The position numbers were made by a program, and so were the translations under genes. A stretch of DNA of 64,000 nt from Ylistrum balloti (lineage: Eukaryota): contig NW_026782009.1 in NCBI RefSeq assembly GCF_031769215.1, positions 744,001 to 808,000 of the forward strand, in the 5' to 3' direction. The notes under the pieces are model-generated. The model was not told where the DNA came from. It worked only from the letters and a program-made list of their open reading frames with translations, and did no database searches. This document shows, in pieces, positions 1-11,569 of this stretch (its first letter is position 1; each line of letters starts with the position of its first letter).

Positions 1-98
1 GTCCAGGTAGATTATGAATGTGAAAAACATTGAAAGATTTAAGGTGACTTAAATTAGCATGATTTATTAACATCATATTTATAATATGTCATAATCCA

Positions 99-215
99 CA
101 TGGTGATGTGGCCAGATCAAGACATTTACTGTGGCCATGTTGATGTGGCCAGATCAGCTCATGTATAATGTGGCCATGGTTAAGCCGTCTGATTACCCCA
201 TTCACTGTGGTCAGA
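99..215. repeat. Short degenerate tandem repeat (~38 bp, 2-3 copies)
   Basis: Recurring catg(g/t)tgatgtggccagatc and tgtggcc. Confidence 0.55.
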
Positions 216-714
216 TCCAAATTCTCTATTATGACATGCAACAAAATACCGGTACATAAAAATCCTCATGCACTTTTGGCACACATGTAATTGAGTTGAC
301 ACGTTATGTTTAGATTGGGAGGTTCTGTGTGTATATATATGTGTGTATTACCTTTATGTAGGGAAAGTACCACAGATAGAAAATAAGTAAGGAGATATTC
401 CTGATAAATCTTTTATAGTTTTCTATATTGCATTGCAGGGTAGATACAATATTATATTGTCTGCTGGGAAAGAACTGTAAGTTCATTTCCTGCTGGTTGG
501 AAGTTAAGTTCAATAATATCAACTGCAATCCCATATAATACAACTTTGTATACCTTTTCATAAAACGTTTATGTAAACAATTTCATTGTTAATTCAGATG
601 TATTATTTCCATGTAATTTGGTTCATGAAATTCAAAAATCATACATGTATTTAGCTGTAAAATAACCAACAGTAAAAATTGACTTGATCTAAGGTGACTG
701 TCTTGATTTAAATC

Positions 715-945
715 TGTACTAACTGCCTACAAAAGTGTCTTAGCTTCTGTACTTACTGCCCATAGAAGTGCCTTAGTTTCCATCTGTAATAACTGTATAT
801 AGAAATACTTTAGTTTCTATCCATAATAACTCCTTATAGAAGTGTCATATTTTCTATTTGCATAAATATAGATAAATAACATATAGAATTATTTTTATTT
901 CGATTTGTAATATTTCCCTTCAAAAATGTCTTAGTTTCTATCTGT
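715..945. repeat. Degenerate ~39-bp tandem repeat
   Basis: Recurring cttagtttctatctgtaataact...tagaagtg, 4-5 diverged copies. Confidence 0.55.
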
Positions 946-2449
946 GATAATTTCCCTCATAACATGATGAGGGTAGGGTGTTATTATTCAGGGTCAAAGT
1001 TTGGCCTTGACACCTGCACACCTTACCTGATCACTTACTAATGAGGGCAGTCATCTGTGCCCTTATTTGGCAATTGGCTCCGCCCCCAAACAGCGAGGCT
1101 TCGTTGCCAAGGGAATGTCCAACCTGCCAAATACACTTTGTTCTATGATGCAAAACATATTATAAGAATCTGCGAAATGAAACACAGTTTACCTCCTTTT
1201 TAGATGGAAGAAGAAAGAGATTTGCTTTTTTATTTGTGCATAAGGTAGGGGAGATTCCAGTCGAAGTAATGTTATGGGACACTTGTTGGAGTAACATTAA
1301 ACATAAGTTTACCTATAGCAGAATTTCCCCTTCCTAATACAACTATAAAGAGTCCATCATATATATGTTATACAGTCAAATCTTTTGGTCTAGAAAGTTT
1401 AGGGCAGGTGTAATTTCCCTACCTTACCAGTAGTGCTCTTCAGTGCCTTGGTATATAATTATTAAAAAAAATTGTTTCGATTGACAAAAAAAAAAATGAC
1501 TGTATAACACTTGTATGTTTTCTTTTTAAGGAAAATAAACAAAAACAGAAATCCTTATTTGTGAAAAAGTATTATGTGTGTACACTGATAAGTTTAGCAC
1601 TTGACTTGTCTACATAACAGCTTGTTTTGTGCGATAACATGTGTGGTGGCTGTTTATGATGGGAAGAAAGCTGACAATATCTAGTCAACTTAAGATGTCA
1701 TCATCCTGCTCCGGTTATTGATATGAAAAAACAATGGAAAGTCATGAGTCAACATTAGCTAAACTACAGCTGTCCTGAGGATATCCAGGGGTATAAAAAT
1801 TGCATGCAAATCTACCTATGGTTTATAATATTCAAGTGTAGTTTCATTGAAAAATGGTCAAAATTTACAAGGTTAGGAGAAGCAATTTGGAAAAGACTTT
1901 GTCTAATCATAGGTCTTCTTTTGGTTACCATGGCAAGCAAAGGAGAACTAACATTTAGAAAAGAGTACCAATGTATATCTGTTTTCCATAGTAACAATGC
2001 TGGAAACATCTGGTGCATCAAATTATGGGCTTTGGTAAGCTACACAATTCAATAAATTTTTAGGAAAAAAGAAAAGCTTTCTGTTCATCTACCTTTGGCT
2101 CATAATTTTTTGGTATAATTTTACTGCAATTGGTTGCCAAGTTTATGAAAATATCATATTATAAAACATTATGTACTGCTACTATAGCTGTAACAGATTA
2201 TTTAATATCTGTAATCATATAGACTGTAATATTAATATAGCAGAAACTGTAAGACTAGAAAGTAAAATAGTGATAAAACACAGTGTTCTCAGATGTATTT
2301 ACAAACTGGGGCACTGCATATTGATATAAGAAAAGTGCCTGAAAACTGTGGGTACAAGTCTTGAATACAATTCTGAGGAGTTTGTACCTTCATTCCGGGA
2401 TAATGAGGAACAATGAGACATTTACATTTATCTAAAATCAGTAGAATTA

Positions 2450-3390
2450 AAAAAACAAGAATATCACTGAAATTGATGAATGCTCCCCAAAAACAACTTT
2501 AATGGACACAAAATTATAAAAGGGACAATAATTCGGTAATTAAGGGGTTGCACGCCCTGAATTCGGTATACTGCACATTCCCTGATCCTAGCTGTAGTGC
2601 AAGCAGAGCTATGCTCAGGACACAAAATTCTGACAAGAGGAAATGGCTCTGTAATTGAGGGGCCATGGGCTTGCCTTTGCTACAATGCATCTTACTTTTG
2701 TATGATTAATGTATACATCATGTTTCTATATCCAAGTTTAAATGCAGGCAAAGTAATGCTCCATACAGAAAATTTTAATAAAGGGTAATAACTTTGTAAT
2801 TATGGGGTTGGAGGCCCTAACATTGGAACACTGTACCTAGTCTTTATATGATCAATGTATACACCAAGATACATTATCCTACCATAAATGCATGCAATAT
2901 AATGCACTGGACAAATATTTTTAACAAAAGGAATGACTCTCTGAATTTGGTACACAGCACATTGTCATAGTCAGATCGATGTATACATTTAATTTCCTGA
3001 TCCTTGCTTAATTTTAGGTAAAGTTAAAATCTGGACAAGAAATTCTTAACAAAGGGCAATAACTCTGTAATTGAGGGTCTAGCAACCTGAATTTAGTACA
3101 CTGCACATCATCTTAGTATGATGAATGTATACACCAAGTTTTGTTATCCTTGTTTATATCCAAAGAAAGTCATGCTTGGACACAAAATTTTAGTGAAGGG
3201 CAGTAACTCTGTAGTTTAGGGGTTGAGGACCCTGAATTTAATACACTGCACATCCCCTTAGTATGACCAATGTATAAACCAAGTTTCCTGATACTTGCTC
3301 AACTGTGGTCAAAGCTATGATCTGTACATGAAAGGATGGACAATGTGTCCCTATAGGCTCTCCCAAAAACTTTAGGGCAGCAAACAAAAT
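2450..3390 (+). mobile_element. Probable non-autonomous element with ~6 internal degenerate ~115-147-bp subrepeats (Helentron-associated/DINE-1-like; family is inferred)
   Basis: ggacacaaaatt...aagggcaataactctgtaatt...ccctgaattt.gtacactgcaca recurs at about 2504, 2618, 2762, 2909, 3033 and 3178. Starts near aaacaaga and ends with ggatggaca...ccct/aggg. No ORF. Confidence 0.5.
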
Positions 3391-3531
3391 AAACGTTGAT
3401 AAATTGAAAACAAAATAATCATAAATTATTGACTCTCTAGTCATAATGCCATCAAAGAAGATGACTTTAGGGATAAATTGTGGCATATTGAAAGTCTTCA
3501 ATAAAGTTAAGTCCTATAATCAATGACTTAC

Positions 3532-3547
3532 CATGACACAATATTAC
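3532..3547 (-). other. Candidate 16-nt microexon or recursive splice site in an NT5C2 intron
   Basis: On -: actaatcaaaatctcactttcag|GTAATATTGTGTCATG|gtaagt (branch-like ctaat, pyrimidine tract, CAG, consensus donor). Confidence 0.45.
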
Positions 3548-3750
3548 CTGAAAGTGAGATTTTGATTAGTAAGACTAACCAGACAGTCTCAGACTGAGAG
3601 GCTGGTGCTGTCTACTGAGATGATGAGTGTCATATTTACTAATTAAGATGGTTTGTATCAGTTTATGACAATGCTCAGGGTCTGTTTTCCTAAATCAGAT
3701 GAAACCTGTACCATAAGTTATAACAATCCCACTAAGTCTCATATACATAC

Positions 3751-6700
3751 CTTACATATTCCTTGGAGGAGTTGAAATAGTCTATGACACAAGCAATCAT
3801 GTAAGTTTCTGTGGTAAAATAAAAACTTTATTATCCAATTTTTTCTATCAAGTGAAGCACTGTACTTTCACAACTGACATATAAAAATTTAAAATTTTGA
3901 AACAATTTTAAGTAAATCATTCAATATCTGTAACATCAAACTTACAAGCAGTCGATTTGTGGTAATTATGGGATATCAGCAATATTTATTATACAGGTTT
4001 CTGAGAGGGTAAGCTGTCTCAAGTTTCCAAACATACAAATGATCTTGCATCCTGGCAAAAACCATAACAAATATGTGTATTTGTATATTCCCCCACCCCC
4101 TCTTCTTTTTCTTCTCATCTAAATCTATGTCATGGTTCATGTGATACTTGTACACAGGATTTTTTATTTAAAAAGTGGTTAATAGTTGACCTTTAATCTT
4201 GATAGATGACCAATAAAATCTACTCAGGTGCAGTCACCTTTATTGAATGATGATATGTTGTGAATATAACCACATCTTTTCATGGGTTCATAGAATGTTT
4301 AACACAATATTATAACAGTTGCACAGACAAGCAGATGAAGTGATTACTATATACCCCACCCCCTATCTAAGTTAGGGGTATGACAGGCATTTTTAATGTA
4401 TTTCCAGTATGACAGATATACTGTCAATACATATAGAGTGTATAAGCAAATGTAAAATTTTAGCTGACTTACCTGGTAGATTAAAGAGAGTATTTAATAC
4501 ATAGATCCTGTTTTCATCCAGCTGTATGTATTTGTTGGGGTAAAGTTTGGATACTTCATGACTGAAATGACCACAAACATGACTTAACCTTCAACTCTAG
4601 AAAGATTATGGAACTGTGTTACTTCAAACTAAATCTTGTTTAAGCTTTTCCCAGCTGATTAGAAACACTGTTCTAAAATTGATTTACAGAATATAACAAA
4701 AGACTGAGTACTCATTTCTAGATTCAAACCATTGCCCACATTGCCAGAATGTGATCCAATATTTTCTGTTATCTCCTTTAATTCAAAAGATAATACTTAG
4801 TAACAATGATAAATAACTTTTTTAAACACTGAAAAAGATAAAGTTGAAAATGAAATCATTGATAAGTAAATAACAGGGAAATTAGCATTAAATCTTTTAA
4901 TCAGAAAAGAAATGACAGCAATCTATCCTATATTGTACTTACCCTTTTAAAAATTTGAATCCATGAACACATACTAAAATATTACCATAGGCATCAACTT
5001 TCAGTAAATTTCCATATTGTTTATCAAACCACAGCCCTCTGAAACAGAAACCATTTGAACACACATTAAAATATAGATATCTGGCTTTGTTATTTGGTTG
5101 AACATATTAGAATGCTTTAAATGCAATATATTTTATAAATAATGTAAAGATTAAATTCAAATGTTTTGTTTGTAGATTGATAGACTGAAGCAACAAAAAT
5201 AAAAAATGGGAAAGGAAAACTCACAGAAATATAATATTTTATTACCTGCATACAAATGTAGGATCATACTCAAACTCTTTAATGGCCTCTGGGTAACCAA
5301 TAGTTACCAGCCTCTCTTTCAACATATCAAATCCCATGGCTTCATATTCTGGTGATTTGTACACTGAAGTAGAACATTAAACAAAATTAAAGACATTTCA
5401 ATTTTACTGTTAAAAGACTTTTAGTCACTAGCTAGGAGTTTCTTCATTTTGTAAGTATAAATAAATATGTACACATCTTTCAAGAGGCCAAGGGGCATGT
5501 ATCTTTAAGTGATCAGGGCAAAGCATTATGTTTATGGTAGCATATACATTATGTTTAAGCTATTTCCCAATATTGGTCTTTGTACCTCAGTGCCATGAGG
5601 GGTGAAGAGGAAGATCTAGAACTTAAACAGGATTAACAATAAAATCAGTGGGATTTCTGAAAGAACAGATAGAATTGACAAAACTGAATTTCCTTCACTC
5701 ACTTTTCCAAACTGAATTTGGCAAAACATAAACTGAGCCAGTAAATTGTTGGTTGAAAGACACAATTTGGGGTCTCTTGCAATTGGCTGCCATTAAATAA
5801 TCAAAATGTTTTGACTCAAAGTGGGTAAGTAACTCATTTGTGCAAACCAGCTCGAACTTCAGCCAAGTATATTACAGGCCAGATATCATGGTTTTGGTAA
5901 TTACACAGAAATTATTTGAATTTCTAATACATTTTATCATTGGGACCTTGAGAGAAGATCAAGGTCATTCAATTGAAAAACTTGAAAGCTCTATCCAAGA
6001 ATGCTACATGCCCAGTATCATGACTCAAGATGTTTTGGCTATTCAAAATATGCATAATGAAATTTTGATACATTTAATATGTGATCTTGACAGTTTGTCA
6101 ATGTCCTTCACTTGGAGATCTTAATAACCCTTAACCAAGAAATCGACCAACCCAATGTCATAATTCTGAGTATTTCTGAGTTTTTTAATACAATGGGTCC
6201 TTGAAATTTGGTCAAGTCCATTTCCATATGATAGCCCTTTTTCCAGTATGACACTTGTCCATTAAATTATCTAGAAGATCTAGAAGAAGTTTGATAAGAT
6301 TTTACCTCTGTGACCATGACATGACCTTGAGCTATCTGAAATGAAGCCATTACTACCAACCTAGATCTGTGTATGGACTGCCATGGTAGTAATTCTTGAT
6401 CTTTGATTTGCCACCAAGAGTTTGATACTAATGGATCATTAATTAGACTTTATAAGTTTCCAGACTAAGTAAAATCATCTATTTACACGGAGGTCATATT
6501 TGATACTTTTTTTTCTTCAAAAATTACAATTTTGTCAACACTCGGTTTTGAGGATAAATGGTATCACAAAATACAGTATTATTTAAAATCAAATGGCCAA
6601 AGTTATATTCTTGAACAAACATAAAAGTCCTTGACCTAGAATTGCACTTGCTCAACATTCTGGATTCTGGTTATTCAGAAGCCATTCACTGTATATTTTT

Positions 6701-7848
6701 ACACATTTGATCCCTACGTAAGAAAGTCCTTCCAACACGTGAAAGCCTCATGTAAGTTCACTTGCCCTTAAGAAAGGTATGTAACAGATAGAATATATTT
6801 AGACGTGGTTATCAGATAAAGTGTTTCTTCAGACTAAAATAATGAAACAAAAAGAAAAAACATGAAGTGATATCTTTAGACAATTATCAACAAATTAAAA
6901 GCAGAGATTTACCTGCCAATGTGTAATCCATGTCAAATCCATACACAGAAATCTTCTCCAAATGTAAGGATCTGTTCACAAATATCCTGTCCAATGGAAA
7001 CATGGTAGAAAGTGTTTGTATTTATAAAATAGTTAAAAAATGTAAAGCTGTGTATTATAAATATAGTTTTATACTGATCAGTTATTTTTTTTATATCAGT
7101 TCATGTTTAACATAATTAGTGAATCTTTGACTGTCAGAGGTGACAAAGTCAGCAGTCTGTCAAATTACTGATCTAATGATGAAAGAACATGTGTTTATTA
7201 CATCTGATGTAGTCATCGATCAGTGAACCACCACCCCCACAATCATTTCTTGTATAAAAATATTTATAAAGTGAGTAAAAAAGAACAGTTTTACTATCCT
7301 CAATAATTAGCTATCCAGAACATCTATGATTCTATTGAACTGCTGACAAGACTGCAAAACTGTTGTTTGTACAATGAAGTATAATTACCTGTGTGAGGGC
7401 TGATGTTTGTATACTACAATATAATTACCTTTGTGAGGGCTGACGTTTGTATACTACAATATAATTACCTGTGTGAGGTCTGACGTTTGTATATTACGAT
7501 ATAATTACCTGTGTGAGGGCTGACGTTTGTATATTACGATATAATTACCTGTGTGAGGGCTGACGTTTGTATATTACGATATAATTACCTGTGTGAGGGC
7601 TGACGTTTGTATATTACGATATAATTACCTGTGTGAGGGCTGACGTTTGTATATTACGATATAATTACCTGTGTGAGGGCTGACGTTTGTATATTACGAT
7701 ATAATTACCTGTGTGAGGGCTGACGTTTGTATACATGCATTTTGGTATTTCCCCCATCTATATGTGTTGTAGAACCATTCATGCTGATAAAGTTCCCAGA
7801 GTGATCTCTCTTGATTGGTGATGATGGCAAGGTCTCTGTTGTCTGCAT
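3751..7848 (-). CDS. NT5C2: Cytosolic purine 5'-nucleotidase (cN-II, HAD family), 5' part only; continues beyond the left edge of the window
   Basis: Minus-strand GT-AG exons: 7848-7709 (ATG at 7848; exon acceptor at 7889; in-frame TGA upstream), 6986-6913, 5363-5246, 5038-4943, 4561-4473, 3808-3751. Translation: [10 protein letters not shown]...[153 protein letters not shown]. It has HAD motif I DMDYT and the cN-II signature [12 protein letters not shown] did not find the next homologous exon in 1-3750. Confidence 0.95.
4010..4385 (+). mobile_element. Probable 3' part of a non-autonomous element with a terminal hairpin
   Basis: Ends cagacaagcagatgaagtgattactatatacccc...ccccta-tctaagt-tagggg (6-bp inverted repeat), an end structure I associate with molluscan Helentron-associated elements. 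Confidence 0.35.
6325..6592 (+). repeat. 268-bp dispersed direct repeat, copy 1
   Basis: Near-identical to 8968-9235 (a few substitutions visible by eye). Confidence 0.9.
7381..7732. repeat. 40-bp minisatellite, 9 units, built from the NT5C2 exon 3' end plus donor
   Basis: ataattacctgtgtgagggctgacgtttgtatattacgat at 7381, 7421 ... 7701. Confidence 0.95.
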
Positions 7849-7944
7849 TGTGTATGTGGGAGGTGTCTGTATAGGTGGTCAACAAAGCACTGAAAATACA
7901 CAAAACAGTGGCAGGTGGCACTTTAGTACATGGCATCCTCTAGA

Positions 7945-8972
7945 CACTTCAGCATAAAAATGCCCTTTGATATATCTTAAATGAACACTTCAGCAAGAAC
8001 AAGTCCCTTTATTCATCTGAACTGAACATTTGCACATGAACAAGAGGGCCCTTCATTTATCTGAACTGAACATTTGCACATTTACAAGAAGGCCCTTAAC
8101 TTATCCAAAGTGAATGTTTCAGCATGAAAAAGCCCCTTGATGTATCTTCACTGAACATTTCAGCATGAACAAGCCCCTTGATGTATCTTCACTGAACATT
8201 TCAGCATGAAAAAGCCCCTTGATGTATCTTCACTGAACATTTCAGCATGAACAAGCCCCTTGATGTATCTTCACTGAACATTTCAGCATGAACAAGCCCC
8301 TTGATGTATCTTCACTGAACATTTCAGCATGAACAAGCCCCTTGATGTATCTTCACTGAACATTTCAGCATGAACAAGCCCCTTGATGTATCTTCACTGA
8401 ACATTTCAGCATGAACAAGCCCCTTGATGTATCTTCACTGAACATTTCAGCATGAACAAGCCCCTTGATGTATCTTCACTGAACATTTCAGCATGAACAA
8501 GCCCCTTGATGTATCTTCACTGAACATTTCAGCATGAACAAGCCCCTTTATGTATCTTCACTGAACATTTCAGCATGAACAAGCCCCTTGATGTATCTTC
8601 ACTGAACATTTCAGCATGAACAAGCCCCTTGATGTATCTTCACTGAACATTTCAGCATGAACAAGCCCCTTGATGTATCTTCACTGAACATTTCAGCATG
8701 AACAAGCCCCTTGATGTATCTTCACTGAACATTTCAGCATGAACAAGCCCCTTGATGTATCTTCACTGAACATTTCAGCATGAACAAGCCCCTTGAACAA
8801 GCCCCTTGATGTATCTTCACTGAACATTTCAGCATGAACAAGCCCCTTGATGTATCTTCACTGAACATTTCAGCATGAACAAGCCCCTTGATGTATCTTC
8901 ACTGAACATTTCAGCATGAACAAGCCCCTTGATGTATCTTCACTGAACATTTCAGCATGAACAAGCCCCTTG
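7945..8972. repeat. 41-bp minisatellite, about 20 clean plus 4-5 degenerate units
   Basis: agccccttgatgtatcttcactgaacatttcagcatgaaca; degenerate at the 7945-8130 end. Confidence 0.95.
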
Positions 8973-9235
8973 AGCTATCTGAAATGAAGCCATTACTACC
9001 AACCTAGATCTGTGTATGGACTGCCATGGTAGTAATTCTTGATCTTTGATTTGTCACCAAGAGTTTGATACTAATGGATCATTAATTAGACTTGATAAGT
9101 TTCCAGACTAAGTAAAATCATCTATTTACACAAAGGTCATATTTGATACTTTTTTTTCTTCAAAAATTACAATTTTGTGAACACTCAGTTTTGAGGATAA
9201 ATGGTATCACAAAATACACTATTACTTAAAATCAA
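8968..9235 (+). repeat. 268-bp dispersed direct repeat, copy 2
   Basis: Near-identical to 6325-6592. Joined to the 41-bp array through a shared CCTTGA. Confidence 0.9.
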
Positions 9236-11485
9236 TATAACATAGGGTGGATTAAGAATAAAAATATCATGAAATCAACAAAAACTAAAAAGACAGTTAC
9301 ATATTAGGTATTTCTCTTTATCCATTAACAGGATAAGTCTAAATTTGACCAACTATTTGTATACTGAGAGGGAAATGACAAGGAAACAAAACCCCTATAG
9401 TCCCATATGTACATGTAAGGAACTATTCACTTGTAACAATCAATAAGGACTACTGTTCCTATGGTAACCTCTTGATTCAGTCATTACACACATAGCTGAT
9501 AACATTTGTACTGTTCAGTGATCTGAACAAAAACCCAGACATATTGATTCATAACATAATTTGTACAAATGTGATACAAATTTCAGACTTCCAAGCTATC
9601 ACCTAAAATTGAAATTTTCAATAAAACTGAATTAGACATAATCATGAATAACTACAGGCACTCAAAAAATGTATTACACACAACTTTTTATACAGATATA
9701 ATTAAGTTAATAAACTGATACACAAGTTACACAACAATATATCATACCTTCCTTAACTTGGTGGAAATTCAAAATCCTAACTGAAATGATACCTGATCCT
9801 GTTACCAGGATGTTATAGAGACTGATTTTAGGAAAACTGAAGCCTTGCCTGGTGGCACTCCCTCCTCCTTCAGTAGCGTACAGTTCAAATATTTTCCTTT
9901 GTATGGAACACTTGCATCAGCCTACCTGACAGGTACAGGTATAAAATGTAGTAAGGTCCACTGATAACACCTACTGAACAGGTCCTGCACATGCACAGGT
10001 TAGATTCCAATGTACCAGATATATTATCATACAAAATATCAAACTACCAGTATACACAGGCATACATATTTGTAGTTCACATGTAGCTATAACAACTACA
10101 CTCGTGGGAAATCTGAACTACAGTGCAAGTTACACACATGAGGAAAATACTACTTCATCATAAACACAAGAAATGTTTTGTACACATTCCCAGTAGTACT
10201 ATAAATAGCCAATATTTCTACAAATAGAGCAACTTTATACAAACGTAAACAGATTTTATGCACCGGCAGCTATTCTGCACATACATCAAATAAAATGTTA
10301 AGATTGGTTAATCTCTGATTACAACAACTTTAATATAAGATTAGTGCTACCTCAAACCTTTCTTTTATATCAAGTTGTCTATTAAAATGTTATATCATGT
10401 ATTTAATCTTGAAAATAAAGACATTATCATGATCGATCAGCATAAAGTACACCAAAGTGTGATTATATACCAGGCACATTATACACCATTTGTTGACAAA
10501 TATTTCTATACACATGAAGCATGTCACAAATATGTCATGAAACACACAATTAACTTCTTCAGTATTGATACCTTCAGTTAGGTTCCTTTTAATTTACCCA
10601 AGTTGATCGACAATGTATGAAAAATAAAACCTTAAGAAATGGGCAAATATCATTGGAGCATGTAAATGTTATCATTTAAGATAAGAAGGCAGTGACCTCA
10701 GTAAATATCTCGCCCACATTTATAGATGACAAAATCAAAAGTGAGGACTTAATACTATGAGGGTATATAACCTGTGATCATGCTGATCCCCTCTCATCGA
10801 GCCTCACCCAAGTCATTCAGAGTCAGGAATGTAATATTCTTTACCAAAACTTTATTTCTTTTAACTATTCAATGCAGAGGTTAATGACCTTGGTTGGTCC
10901 TTTTATTTATATAATTTGGACATGACTTCCATTACCTCTTCTGACTGCTTCAAACTATCCTCTCATGAATATTCATTTACTATCTTTAATCTCCTTATAT
11001 TCGCCTCCAGCACCACAGCTATTACATTACATGATATTCAAATAGCAGAAGGCAGCCATTATTTATGTAGATGTAGATTCAGATGTGTAAAATTGTTGGC
11101 ATTGCTGAGATGGCCGTGTTACAAAATTTAAAGAATTGTTGATAACAAAAGGTATGCTGAAGGACTCTGATATCTCCTCAAGGGTTAATTTGGGTGCACT
11201 CATTAATATGACATCACAATCAAATGATGTCACATTATTATCTCTTGGTCTATAGAAATTACTACAAAACTTGTTGTAAAAAAAGGTTTAGCCAAAGGTA
11301 TATTGCACATTTTTACTGTTCTTTCTACAACAGGTTTTAGTTGATTTGTATATCTGATATTGTATTTGCATTGTCATTTTTTGTATTTTAACATATTTGG
11401 TCCATCATTATGTATGTTTGTGTGATACAGGTATTTTGCCTCCAGGTGTAAAATTTGAGTTCAAAACCTAAGTCACAGTTCTTAC

Positions 11486-11530
11486 CTCAGGTATAACATA
11501 TGGATTCAGAATACCCCTACTTTCACCTTT
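11486..11530 (-). other. Candidate 45-nt 5'UTR exon of NT5C2
   Basis: On -: tttccttgtctcacag|AAAGGT...CCTGAG|gtaaga, with a strong acceptor and a strong donor, in the 12-kb interval between the promoter and the first coding exon. Confidence 0.5.
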
Positions 11531-11569
11531 CTGTGAGACAAGGAAACCTTGTTAAAAGTATGGATACAC

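Noticed and set aside
7694-7936. 80-aa minus-strand ORF as an independent gene
   Set aside because: It is an alternative frame of the real NT5C2 exon; homology (KRQPSHR|IFVNRSL) is in another frame. Kept only as part of the uORF hypothesis.
7945-8972. 41-bp array as a copy of the NT5C2 7889 acceptor
   Set aside because: Only ttcag|tg is shared, too little to claim junction origin.
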